A stretch of 63,998 nt of DNA, the filler included, from Candidatus Babelota bacterium (lineage in GTDB: Bacteria; JAGOBX01), in the NCBI GenBank assembly GCA_017999075.1. It is 7 parts of 7 records of this genome, joined end to end, with 100 filler letters (N's around TTAATTAATTAA, not from the genome) between each part and the next. Parts side by side here need not be neighbours in the genome. Positions count along the whole stretch, not along the records: positions 1 to 9,278 come from JAGOBX010000110.1; positions 9,379 to 18,650 come from JAGOBX010000111.1; 5 more parts are not named here. One strand, 5' to 3'. Positions 1-10,517 of this stretch are shown piece after piece (the first letter of the stretch is position 1; every line of letters starts with the position of its first letter). The position numbers and the translations under genes are program-made. The notes below the pieces were generated by a model. It did no database searches, had not been told where the DNA came from, and was given only the letters and a program-made list of their open reading frames with translations.

Positions 1-115
1 GAATTTTTTAATTCAGTGGCATATTGGAATTTTCGTTGCCGGTTACAGATGCGGGTCAGTCCCGGATTCTCACCGGAGTTCCCTTTTATTTAACAAAGAA
101 AAATTTCAACTGAAA
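1..115 (-). ncRNA. Cobalamin riboswitch, 3' part cut by the window edge
   Basis: Minus strand reads AAAAGGGAACTCCGGTGAGAATCCGGGACTGACCCGCATCTGTAA...GCCACTG, matching the conserved B12-element core. Confidence 0.88.
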
Positions 116-237
116 TTTTTTATTGATTTCATTTTATAAACAACAAAAAAAAAAGCAATAATAAAATTAAAAAAACTTTACAAAAAAAAATATATATTTA
201 TAATTATAAGAAAAAAATTTTAAACTCTTGGATAGTT

Positions 238-657
238 TTGATGCTGAAAAAATATGAATATGTTTTAAAAAATGATATAGCGGAACTTGACAAATTAGCG
301 GCAATAATAGAAGAATTATCTGAAAAATATAATATTAATCCGAAAATAAGTTATGCCATTAATTTGTCTCTTGACGAACTTGTAACAAATATAATATCTT
401 ACGGATATCACGATGACAAAGAGCATTTGATAAAACTGGATTTTATATTTGATGATAAAACAATTAAAATTGTACTTGTTGACGATGGTAAAGAATTTGA
501 TCCGTTGAAAATGCCTGTTCCAAAAACAGATATTCCTCTTGAAGAACGCAAAATAGGAGGGTTCGGGATTTATTTTGTCAGGAAATCAATGGATGATGTT
601 TTTTATGAACGGAAAGAAAATAAAAATTTTTTAACTATCACAAAAAAAATTATTTAA
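238..657 (+). CDS. Anti-sigma factor, RsbW-like ATP-binding protein
   Basis: LDELVTNIISYG, DDGKEFDP and GGFGIYFV motifs of HATPase_c_2. Confidence 0.88.
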   Translation: MMLKKYEYVLKNDIAELDKLAAIIEELSEKYNINPKISYAINLSLDELVTNIISYGYHDDKEHLIKLDFIFDDKTIKIVLVDDGKEFDPLKMPVPKTDIPLEERKIGGFGIYFVRKSMDDVFYERKENKNFLTITKKII

Positions 658-679
658 ACTTTTAGGGGAATATTTATAT

Positions 680-1582
680 ATGTTTTCAAATGTAAATGAT
701 TCCAAATTATATACGGATTTTGAACATTTTGCAGATGATATATATTTTGCCAAATATCTGAAATTCAAAAAATATTTTGATGATTCTACTTATGTTCAAT
801 TCAGGGCTGTTCAGGAATTAAGCAATAAAAAATTGGGTGAAATCGCAGTAGAAAAAAAATTTATTACTCCGAATGTTGCGGAAAGTTTATATGATGAAGG
901 AGTCAGGCTTAATAAGTATTTTGGCGAAATCGCCGTGGAAAAAAATATTTTAACTGTTGAACAGGTAGAAAAAATTGTTGAAGAACAGAAAAAAAATTTT
1001 ATCGGTATAGGCGAACTTGTGGTGGATTTTGGTTATATACGTCAGGATAAATTACTTGAAGAAATGAAAAATTTTCAGGAAAGCCAGAAAAAAACTAATA
1101 CGGCTATTGATGAAAAAATTTCTAAAATAGATTTTAAATATGTGAAACCTGTTTTAAACACAATAATAATTACTTTGACAAGAATATTATTTATGCCGCC
1201 CAAACTTACAAGTCTTATACAACCTGTGAATGCAATTTATCCTATGGATAAACTTTACAGATTTGCAGTTTCTAAAGATTTGAATTTTGATATTTTTTTC
1301 AATTATGATGAGAAATTCGTTAATGAATTATTTATTTTTAAATTCAGAAATTACAGGAATAAACGATTGTTAAAACTTCGTAATGCAATCCCTCAGGAAA
1401 TATCGAATATTTTAACAGGAGTAATTGTGAAAAATTTGTGTGAATTGAATAAAATTGATTTGAATATGTCAATACCTTATCCAATTACGGATCAAAAATA
1501 TGAATTAAGTAAAGAACACCATAAGTTTTCGATTGCTTCTCCTTCCGGAAAAGTTGAAATAATACTGCAAACTTCTAAATAA
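680..1582 (+). CDS. Protein with N-terminal MshEN-like repeats and C-terminal CheX/CheC-like region
   Basis: Repeats KLGEIAVEKKFIT, YFGEIAVEKNILT, IGELVVDFGYI; C-terminal QEISNILTG (E-x-x-N) and MSIP. Confidence 0.55.
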   Translation: MFSNVNDSKLYTDFEHFADDIYFAKYLKFKKYFDDSTYVQFRAVQELSNKKLGEIAVEKKFITPNVAESLYDEGVRLNKYFGEIAVEKNILTVEQVEKIVEEQKKNFIGIGELVVDFGYIRQDKLLEEMKNFQESQKKTNTAIDEKISKIDFKYVKPVLNTIIITLTRILFMPPKLTSLIQPVNAIYPMDKLYRFAVSKDLNFDIFFNYDEKFVNELFIFKFRNYRNKRLLKLRNAIPQEISNILTGVIVKNLCELNKIDLNMSIPYPITDQKYELSKEHHKFSIASPSGKVEIILQTSK

Positions 1583-1654
1583 TAAATAATAGCCTGAAAT
1601 AACTGTTTTTTTTAATTGAATATAGTATATAAAATTTAAAGAGAGGTTAATTTA

Positions 1655-3373
1655 GTGGGAATTCCTAATACAATAGTAAATGTTATTAATCGGGATGGAC
1701 AGACTGTAAAGTATGATATATCCAAAATTGCTGACGGAATTAAAAAAGCTATATTAGACGTAGAAAATGCAATTGAATGGATCGCTGAAAAACGCGCTAA
1801 AAAATATGCCGAAAAAATTAATTCGGAAGTGTTTGATAAATTTTATAATTTTAATTTTATATTGTCGGAATTTGTAAAGTTATACTGCGGGTTTGAACCT
1901 GATGAAAAAGAAAAAAGACTTCAGAATACTTTTGTGGCAGAACGGTTGGCAGTTATAACTGTAGAATCATTTGCTGAAATTAAAAATACGGGTTATAACA
2001 AAATAATTGAATATTCCGGAGAATTAAAAATCTTTATAAAAGATAATATAGAACGTTTTTTGAAAATTTTGAAAAAAGACGAGTTGCAGTTAAAAAATAA
2101 AATTAATGGTTATGATATTGAATTAATAACAAAAATAATTTTTGACGTTTCAGAAAAAATTATAAAGTCAGGACTTAAAAATGAACATTATTTTCCGCAA
2201 ACGAGTTTTGTTCTTGATGTTGTTGAAAATGTTTTGAAAAAAATCGGAGAAGTAGAACTGGCTGAAGGATTTATGATTTTCAGGGAAGGAATGAATAAAC
2301 TTAGAACAGGGGATATTTCAAAATATCAATTTACCAATAATGGTATTCACCGTGATATTTGCTTGAAAACAATTGAATGGAACATAGAAAATGATTGTGA
2401 AAACATATTTTCTCTGAATGATTGGATTTACGGCAGATCCGGAAGAAAAATTGAAGATTTGATTAAATTATCTGAAGAAAGATATATTACGGATGTAAGA
2501 AAAGTAGCTGATAAAATTATTAACAGAATCGAAGAAGTTAAAATTATTATTATTGCAGGTCCTTCAAGTTCAAACAAGACCACCACTACTTTGATTATAA
2601 AAAATGAATTGAGTAAATTAGGATTCAAACTTAAACAGCTTAACGTTGATGATTATTATAAAAATATAGATGAACAGCCAAAAGATGAATTTGGTGATTT
2701 TGATTTTGAAATGCCTGAAGCTATTGATATAGAACTGTTGAACAAACATTTTACCGAATTGCTTAACGGGCAAATTATCAAAAAACCTAATTTTAATTTT
2801 AAAATTGAACGGAGAGATTCATATTCTGATTTTTTTCTTGACAAAGATGAAATTCTGCTTATAGATTGTCTTCACGGATTATATAAAAATATGACATCTT
2901 CTGTTCCTAGGAATAAAAAATTCAGTATTTATATTGAATCAATGAACATAATAAGAAATACAGACGGAGTGTACACAAGGTGGACTGATGTCCGTATGTT
3001 GAAACGTATGATACGCGATGTTCAGTTCCGCGGTTATGAAACAAAAGAAACTTTAGCCCACTGGCCGTATGTCAGAAAAGGTGAATTAAAACATATAATA
3101 CCATATATATTTTCTACTGATTCAGTTATAAATTCAGGAATACCGTATGAATTGCCTGTTTTGAAAACTGCCTTGAAAACCTTGTTTCCGGATAAAGAAT
3201 TTATTGAACGGTTAAGGATAGAAGGCAGACTTGATCCGTATATACGGGGAACAAGAATTAGAAATCTTCTTGAAACCATAGCTCCAATAGAAAATTTGGA
3301 TATTGTTCCTAAAACATCGCCGCTGAGAGAATTTATCGGAGGAAGCGCTTATACTATTGCGCATAATGGATAA
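1655..3373 (+). CDS. ATP-cone plus uridine kinase/phosphoribulokinase-like protein
   Basis: N-terminal VINRDG..YD.SKI; IAGPSSSNKTT P-loop, VDDYY, RMLKRMIRDVQFRG, GELKHIIPY. Confidence 0.8.
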   Translation: MGIPNTIVNVINRDGQTVKYDISKIADGIKKAILDVENAIEWIAEKRAKKYAEKINSEVFDKFYNFNFILSEFVKLYCGFEPDEKEKRLQNTFVAERLAVITVESFAEIKNTGYNKIIEYSGELKIFIKDNIERFLKILKKDELQLKNKINGYDIELITKIIFDVSEKIIKSGLKNEHYFPQTSFVLDVVENVLKKIGEVELAEGFMIFREGMNKLRTGDISKYQFTNNGIHRDICLKTIEWNIENDCENIFSLNDWIYGRSGRKIEDLIKLSEERYITDVRKVADKIINRIEEVKIIIIAGPSSSNKTTTTLIIKNELSKLGFKLKQLNVDDYYKNIDEQPKDEFGDFDFEMPEAIDIELLNKHFTELLNGQIIKKPNFNFKIERRDSYSDFFLDKDEILLIDCLHGLYKNMTSSVPRNKKFSIYIESMNIIRNTDGVYTRWTDVRMLKRMIRDVQFRGYETKETLAHWPYVRKGELKHIIPYIFSTDSVINSGIPYELPVLKTALKTLFPDKEFIERLRIEGRLDPYIRGTRIRNLLETIAPIENLDIVPKTSPLREFIGGSAYTIAHNG

Positions 3374-3425
3374 ATATTCTTTTAAAATGTTCAGATGTTT
3401 TTTTTGGAAAATTAATGAAGAAATG

Positions 3426-5090
3426 TTAAGAAATTGCCGGAAATTTCAGTAATACTGTTACCCCGGTTTGTTTATCTGCCGGATTAGTCTGATTTTTATC
3501 TGGTGATTTAGAGGTAATATTCTTCAAATCTATTTCCCCTCCAAGTTGTTTCATATAGTTGTAACACAAAAACAATCCGAGTCCTGCTCCGTCTGAATCC
3601 TGTTTTGTGGTAAAAAATGGTTCAAAAACATTAGGAATTGTTTCTTCATTAATTCCCTGACCGTTATCTTTTATTTCAATAATTGTTCCGTAATTATCAT
3701 TATATGCAGCAATATCAATTATTCCGGAATCATGATTTATTGCATCAATCGAATTAAGAAATATGTTTATGAGAACCTGTTTGAAAATTTCTTTATCGGT
3801 TATCAATTTAAATTTTGCGGATATATTATTTCTAATAAGAATTTCTTTTTTTTTAATATTGTATTTTACAAGCAGAATGCATTCTTCAACAACTGAATTT
3901 AAATTCAGTTCTATTTTACAGACATTTTGTTTTTTTGAATAAGTCAATAAACTTTTTACTATTGATCGCGCTCTGATAATATTTGATTCAATATGCTGCA
4001 GATATTTTTTTGTTTCTGAATCTAAATTATCATATTTTTCTATTAACATTTGAGTATACCCAAGGCAGGCTACCAGCGGATTATTCAGTTCATGAGAAAT
4101 TCCATTTGCAAGTTTTCCTGCAAGATAAAGTTTTTCCTGCCGGACTATATAATCCTGGGTTTTTTTTAATTCTGAACTCATAGAATTAAAAGAACTTATA
4201 ACTCTGTTTATTTCAGTTATTCTGCTTTTTTTTATATTTAAATCGTATTGGCCTTGGGAAATTTTAGTTGAAGCTTTTTCTATATTACGGAGACTTCTTG
4301 TCAATCTGTGTATTAAAGCTATGCCTGCAATATAAAGAATAAACGCAATAGCTATATTTATTAGAATGAAATGTTTGTTTGCTTTATATGAAAGAATTTC
4401 TACAGGACTAATATCTCTTTGAAAAATGATTTTTACATTAGAACCGTTTATATCAGAAATATTTTTGAAAACTTCAGCAGAACTTGAAAAATTATAGGAA
4501 TTTTCAATATTGGTTGAAATCTCATTTCCGTCTAATATAAAAGAAATGCCTATATTATTCAGAGTGGAAAACTGCCGTATGTATTGCGGGGAAATAATTT
4601 TTAAGGCAATGACTGAACCTATAATATTTTTTCCATCTGTTACAGGACATCCGTAAATAGAATATAATTGACCGCTGTCTATTGAAATGTTTTGAATAAA
4701 ATTGTTTTTTAAAATATTAGAAGTTAAATTTTGATATTTAAATTCGGCATTAGATTTATATAATAATTTATTTGAATAATTAGTTATAAATAATTTTTCG
4801 ATCCCGGCATTTTTTTTAAATTGGGTTGCTATGAATTTTATCTGATTTTTATTTTCAAGGATGATTTTAGTTTGCAATTCCATGTTTTTTACAAAAAAAT
4901 CGGTAGTCGCCTGAAGTTCTTCAAAATTAAGAATATTATAAATGAAATTATCGGCTATTTTTTTTATTATGTTTATTTCATTTTCCCGGTAATTTTTTAC
5001 AATTTTATCATAGCCGAAGTATGTTACAAGGAATGTTTGGCAACTTATAAGAATAAGAGCCATTATAAAAAGAATGTTTTTCAGTTTCAT
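3426..5090 (-). CDS. Membrane sensor histidine kinase with HAMP domain
   Basis: Two TM segments, HAMP, H-box SHELNNPL, N-box, DNGQGI, FEPFFTTK, GAGLGL. Confidence 0.93.
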   Translation of the reverse strand: MKLKNILFIMALILISCQTFLVTYFGYDKIVKNYRENEINIIKKIADNFIYNILNFEELQATTDFFVKNMELQTKIILENKNQIKFIATQFKKNAGIEKLFITNYSNKLLYKSNAEFKYQNLTSNILKNNFIQNISIDSGQLYSIYGCPVTDGKNIIGSVIALKIISPQYIRQFSTLNNIGISFILDGNEISTNIENSYNFSSSAEVFKNISDINGSNVKIIFQRDISPVEILSYKANKHFILINIAIAFILYIAGIALIHRLTRSLRNIEKASTKISQGQYDLNIKKSRITEINRVISSFNSMSSELKKTQDYIVRQEKLYLAGKLANGISHELNNPLVACLGYTQMLIEKYDNLDSETKKYLQHIESNIIRARSIVKSLLTYSKKQNVCKIELNLNSVVEECILLVKYNIKKKEILIRNNISAKFKLITDKEIFKQVLINIFLNSIDAINHDSGIIDIAAYNDNYGTIIEIKDNGQGINEETIPNVFEPFFTTKQDSDGAGLGLFLCYNYMKQLGGEIDLKNITSKSPDKNQTNPADKQTGVTVLLKFPAIS

Positions 5091-5767
5091 AAATTTTTTA
5101 ATGACAATCTGTTATCAATATATTCGAAAACGGTCTGGTATTCTGAAAGAATTATTTTAAATGATTTTAAATCTTTATCTAAATAAGCAGTATAAATTTT
5201 TTCGTTTAAATACAAAAGATAGTTTGATAAAAATTTTAATCTTGGTTCTTTTCCTCCGATTTTGTTTTCTTCAATTTTTTTTGCCAGCCTGCCGTTGTAA
5301 TTTTTTAATTCGTTAAGTTCGTAATTATATAGGATATAATTTGTTTTAAAGTTATATTTTTGCAGATTGTTGAATCCGTTTTTTATAAATAACCTTAAAC
5401 CTTTAGTGTCGCCGAACAAATACGTTAAATTGATGATGATTTTATTTTTGAAATCCATATATTGTTCCGATAATTTTTTTTTATCTTTGAAATTTGTTAA
5501 ACACAGGTTTCTAAAAATTTCGAAATCTGAAATCAGTTCATATTTTTTTTTTGCGTCATTAGAAATGTTTTGTATGATATCATTTTTTATTTTTATAAGA
5601 TAGGCGTCTAATTCCTGTTTTGGTTCTGAATCGAATATCATTGACTTTATTTCATAGTCTTTTGTTAAAAACAGACTAACATATAAATTTTGAGAAGCAG
5701 ATACTTTACAGGAAATACAGAGTGTAATGACAATTGTCAGAATTATAACTTTTAAATTATTCAACAT
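5087..5767 (-). CDS. Hypothetical exported protein (start probably MLNNLK)
   Basis: Signal-peptide-like N-terminus; overlaps both neighbours in an operon. Confidence 0.6.
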   Translation of the reverse strand: MLNNLKVIILTIVITLCISCKVSASQNLYVSLFLTKDYEIKSMIFDSEPKQELDAYLIKIKNDIIQNISNDAKKKYELISDFEIFRNLCLTNFKDKKKLSEQYMDFKNKIIINLTYLFGDTKGLRLFIKNGFNNLQKYNFKTNYILYNYELNELKNYNGRLAKKIEENKIGGKEPRLKFLSNYLLYLNEKIYTAYLDKDLKSFKIILSEYQTVFEYIDNRLSLKNL

Positions 5768-6425
5768 ATAATTTGCTTTTGGAAAATTGAATTTCTGCTG
5801 TAAACCTGTTTTCAGGATCATCACTCACAATTTTTACTTTTAAAGGTATTTTTATATTATTATGATACATGAATTTTTCATAAAATATCGAGATATTCTG
5901 ATAATATATTTTTTTAATTACGCCTGAAATATTATCGATTTCAATATTTATTTTTTTATTCCATAACGAACATACGGTTTTAAAATCGTCCTGAGATAAT
6001 ATTTCAATTTCAGGATAACTGGACTGTTGGACTATCAGCAATTCAATGAAATCCAGTATTTTTTGTTTATCAAAATTTTTCAAGTCTTCGTTTTCTTTTT
6101 TTCCGTTTATTTCAGCGTGAATGTTTTTGCTGTCGCATTCAATTTCAATTTTAGCATAATTCATGGCAGAATACAGTTTTAATTTCAAATTAGCATTTGA
6201 CCAGAATATATCGCCGTATAAATTATTTGAGTTGCCATTTTGTTCAAAATTGCATTTTATCGGACTTTTAATCAGTTTTACCGAAGGTTTCAGTAATTGA
6301 GCAATAGTTTCTGCTGTATAAATTTTTTTTTGAGCTGGAAAAATTTGATTTTTTTTTACAGCGCATCCGCTTGATAAGCCAATCAAAATGCATATAAAAA
6401 TAAAATTGAAAACTAAATTACGCAT
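5757..6425 (-). CDS. Lipoprotein, possibly LolB/DUF4292-like
   Basis: Lipobox LSSGC; beta-rich; C-terminal IKIPLKVKI pattern. Confidence 0.5.
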   Translation of the reverse strand: MRNLVFNFIFICILIGLSSGCAVKKNQIFPAQKKIYTAETIAQLLKPSVKLIKSPIKCNFEQNGNSNNLYGDIFWSNANLKLKLYSAMNYAKIEIECDSKNIHAEINGKKENEDLKNFDKQKILDFIELLIVQQSSYPEIEILSQDDFKTVCSLWNKKINIEIDNISGVIKKIYYQNISIFYEKFMYHNNIKIPLKVKIVSDDPENRFTAEIQFSKSKLYVE

Positions 6426-7680
6426 TAGATATCATCCTGTTTATTCTTTTATTTTTTAGTGTGACTTTTTGAATTTCTTCGATGCAGTTTTTTATTACAG
6501 ATTCGTCCTGGACCTGTTTGTTTTTTTCAGTAAGAACTTTGAAAAGTAAAAAATAAATTTTATTGATTTTTATTCTGTCAGGATTAGTGCAATTAATTAA
6601 AGAAGATATATTTTCCCAATCTTGATTTGAATATAAAACAAACAGTTTGTTGAATAATTCAGTTTCAAAAATAAGCGAAGATAATGTTCCATTGATTTCG
6701 GATATTCTTTTTAAATATGTATGAGATTCAAGAATTCTGGATATTCCGTTATTTTTAATTTCTTTAAGCTTGCCGGAATCAGGCAAATATTTTTCTATAA
6801 TTGATTTAAGTTCATTTCTGGATTTATAAATCAGTATTTCTTTATCAGGAATAAACAAATCGTAAACATCCGCTTTATCATCAGTAATCATTATGGAACC
6901 GCATATTATCGATTCATAAACACGCATATTCAGACTTGTAAAACCATGAGGCCTGGTAATATTTACCGAAAATTTGTATTGAGAATATAATTTGCATAAA
7001 TCATTTTGAGCAAATACCGGGTATTTATAATTTTTTTTCAATAAACTGCTTTTCATCCATTCTTCCTTGCCGTAACCGTAGATATCAGGATTGCAGGAGG
7101 ATATTGTTTCAAGTGTTTCTATTCTTTCCGGAGTCGGGCCTCCTACAAAGCAGATTGTTTTGTCGCGGCTGACTGACATATCTTCACTAAAAATTTTTTC
7201 GTTTACAGCCATTGGAAAATACCCGGTGTTTGTTACTCCGCATTTATTCATTATTTTGATTGCTTGTTTATCCCACACAAAAAAAAATACATTGTGCGAT
7301 TGAAAAAGTTCGAGACATTTTATTTCATCGGTATTTTCATCAAATGGTTGACCAAAATCAAAAAGGAAACATATAACAGGTTTATGTTTTAAATAATCGT
7401 ATAATGTAATTTGAAGGTTTTTATCAATTTCTTCGAATATATGACTGAATATTTCTATGCCGTAACTTAGCACAATATCAGGATTGTACTCTTTAATGGA
7501 AACAATTAATTCCGCAATTTTATTATATTTAAGTTTTGGGTCTGAATTTTTATATTTTTTTACGGCCAGATCAAAATCAATAAACATTATTTCATTTCCG
7601 TGTCGGTTAAATGCATTAAGGATGTCTGTTATAATAAATTTTGCCGCTGAACTCTGTTTTATAAAACTGAATACTTTCAT
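6418..7680 (-). CDS. Glycosyltransferase, CgeB/Glyco_trans_1_2-like
   Basis: ICFVGG, LNMRVYESIICG, HTYLKRI motifs. Confidence 0.8.
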   Translation of the reverse strand: MKVFSFIKQSSAAKFIITDILNAFNRHGNEIMFIDFDLAVKKYKNSDPKLKYNKIAELIVSIKEYNPDIVLSYGIEIFSHIFEEIDKNLQITLYDYLKHKPVICFLFDFGQPFDENTDEIKCLELFQSHNVFFFVWDKQAIKIMNKCGVTNTGYFPMAVNEKIFSEDMSVSRDKTICFVGGPTPERIETLETISSCNPDIYGYGKEEWMKSSLLKKNYKYPVFAQNDLCKLYSQYKFSVNITRPHGFTSLNMRVYESIICGSIMITDDKADVYDLFIPDKEILIYKSRNELKSIIEKYLPDSGKLKEIKNNGISRILESHTYLKRISEINGTLSSLIFETELFNKLFVLYSNQDWENISSLINCTNPDRIKINKIYFLLFKVLTEKNKQVQDESVIKNCIEEIQKVTLKNKRINRMISNA

Positions 7681-7704
7681 AAAATATTAATTGAAAAATG
7701 ATTT

Positions 7705-9278
7705 TTAATGTTTTAAATCACTTAATGTTTTACCTGTACAAATAGAAACTTTTAAAGGAGTTTTCAACACAGCAATATTTTCCATTATATTTTTTATTTC
7801 AATTATAAATTTTTCAGAATAAATTTCAGGTAATTCAAAAATAAGTTCATCATGAATAGTCAATAAACATTTTGCGCTGAATGAATCAAGTATATTGTTG
7901 ATTTTAAGCATTGCCATTTTAAGTATGTCTGCGGCAGTCCCCTGTACCGGCATATTCATAGCCATTCTTATTCCTGATTGTAGAATGTTTTTATTTTTAG
8001 AGTTAAGCTCAGGTATTTGCCTGCGTCTGCCGTATAACGTGGATACAAATCCTGTTTTAGAAGCTTCGGAAATCAAATCGTCAAAATATTTTTTTATATT
8101 TGAAAAATTTTTAAAATAATTTTCAATAAAGGTTTTGGCTTGATTATAATATAGACCTGTTTCTTCAGAAAGAGAATGAGCAGTCATTCCGTATAGAACT
8201 CCGAAATTAATAGTTTTGGCAAGTCTGCGCATATCGCTGGAAACAGAATTCAAATCTTTTAACCCGAAAATTTTTACCGCTGTAGAATTATGGATATCCT
8301 CATTATTCTTAAACGATTTTATCATGTATTCGTCATCAGCGAGATGAGCTATAATTCTTAATTCTATTTGAGAATAGTCAGCGCCGACAAATATATTTGC
8401 TTCATTTTCAACAATAAAAGATTTTCTTATATTAATTTCGTCTTCGGAACTGTTAGGCAAATTTTGGAGGTTTGGATTGACGCTAGAAAATCTTCCTGTA
8501 GATGTTCCTGTCTGATTGAAGACAGTGTGAATTTTATTGTTTTTTCCGGTGTGCTGAATAAATGGTTCAATGTAAGTATTTTTTATTTTACCGAATTTTC
8601 TGTATTCAAGAATTTTTTCTATAATCGGATGAAGAAATTTTATTTTTTCAAGAGATTCAATGTCAGTTGAAAAACCTGTTTTAGTTTTGCGTTGAGCGGG
8701 CAACTGCATTTTTCCGAATAATATTTCTCCCAGCTGTTTAGGGGAATTTATGTTAAATTCGTTTTCGCCTGCGTCATTATAAATTTTTTTCATCAATTCA
8801 TCCAATTTTATTTCAAGAGTTGAATTAAGTTTTTTTAAATAATCAACATCGGTTTTTATACCGTTATACTCCATAGTTATTATCATAGGCAGTAAAACTT
8901 TTTCGATATTTTCGTATATTTGAAACTGATTTGTTTCGTTGAGTTTAATTAATAATTCATGTTTTAATTTTTTATAATAGTCGGCAAATGAACTTAAATT
9001 ATATATCTGTTCATCGTTTAATTCTGATTCAAATAAATTTGTTTTTTCAAAAACAATATTATCGATTTCTTTGACATCTGATTTAAAGTAAGTAAAGAAA
9101 ATTTTATAAATATTTTCATCTTTGGCTAAAATTCCATTTATAACTTTATAATCAAATAAATCAAGAGTATTATTATTAACAGGTAACCCGTATTCTAAAA
9201 AAAGTTTGCATATATTTTTTAAATCATATCCGGCAATATTTATTTTTTGTTTTATTATTATTTTATGCAGATTAATTA
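7705..9278 (-). CDS. polA: DNA polymerase I, C-terminal part (5' end cut by contig break)
   Basis: TGRFSSVNPNLQNLP, ADYSQIELR, AKTINFGVLYG, TIHDELIFE; the frame continues upstream of 8886. Confidence 0.93.
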
Positions 9279-9378
9279 NNNNNNNNNNNNNNNNNNNNNN
9301 NNNNNNNNNNNNNNNNNNNNNNTTAATTAATTAANNNNNNNNNNNNNNNNNNNNNNNNNNNNNNNNNNNNNNNNNNNN
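9279..9378. other. Artificial contig linker
   Basis: N44-TTAATTAATTAA-N44, stops in all six frames. Confidence 0.99.
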
Positions 9379-10349
9379 ATCTTAATCTGTATCAACTTAC
9401 TGTTCTTGTTTCCTATAAGTTCAATAAGTTTTTCACATGCAAGCGATGCTATTTTATAAATATTCATATCAAATGTAGTTAACTTAGGTGTAACATATTC
9501 ACAAAATTTAATATTGTCGCATCCTATAATTGATATATCTTCAGGAATCTTAACAAACCGTTCTTTCAATGCTTTTATGCATCCTATTGCAATAAGATCA
9601 TTTGAACAGAATATTGCAGTAGGTTTAACCCTGCACTCCAGTATTTCTTCAGCAGCTTTGTATCCTCCGTCTTCATTAAAATCTCCTGGTCTTAAATAAT
9701 CTCCTGGTAGTTTTATCTTTTTTTCATCAAGAAATTTTTTAAATCCTATATATTGATCAAGTGAATTCGGGACATTCATTGAACCGTATATAAATGCTAT
9801 TTTTCTATGTCCTGATTTATAGAAATATTTTGCAGCTTCATACCCTATCTTTCTGTTGTCTGCGCAAACATAAGAAATCTCCATATTCTCCAAAAAACTG
9901 TTTACCAGTAAAAAAGGATATTCTCTGCCTGCAAAATCAATAAGATACGTATCATTACATGTCGAGCCTATATATAGCATTCCATCTATGCTTTTTTCTT
10001 TGAACATTTCCAGATATTTTTTGCTGGAGGCAAATTCGTAACTCGCCTGCTCTAAAATAATCTGATACCCGTGTTTCTTAGCAGTTTCATAAATACCGCT
10101 TAACCCTTCTCCAAAATAACGGTCGCCAATCGCGTTTTTAATATATGGGGTAACTACCGCTATCCTGTTAGTTTTAGAATTCACCAAACCCCGCGCAAAA
10201 ATATTACGTGTATATCCGGTATCTTTAATAATATTCATAACTTTTTTTCTGGTTTTTTCGCTGATTTTAGAATGATTGTTTAATACAAATGATACTGTAG
10301 ATGTGGATACTCCGGCAAGTTTGGCAATGTCGTTTATCGTTATCGCCAT
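9379..10349 (-). CDS. LacI-family transcriptional regulator (3' end cut)
   Basis: TINDIAKLAGVSTSTVSFVLN HTH followed by a sugar-binding domain. Confidence 0.95.
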
Positions 10350-10367
10350 AATTTCACCTTAATTTAA

Positions 10368-10381
10368 GTAAAACGTTTTAC
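10368..10381. promoter_or_regulatory. Putative LacI-family operator
   Basis: Perfect 14-bp palindrome GTAAAACGTTTTAC with central CG, 18 bp upstream of the LacI start. Confidence 0.7.
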
Positions 10382-10455
10382 CTGTGGAATTTTATTATTA
10401 TAAAAATATACAATAAAATATAAAAAAAACAATTTTTATTTATATTTTATTTTTA

Positions 10456-10469
10456 GTAAACCGTTTTAA
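10456..10469. promoter_or_regulatory. Second, imperfect LacI-type operator
   Basis: GTAAACCGTTTTAA, two mismatches to the first site. Confidence 0.5.
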
Positions 10470-10517
10470 TAACTTTTATTTTTGGTTTGGCACAAGGAAA
10501 CTTTTATTTAACTTTAT

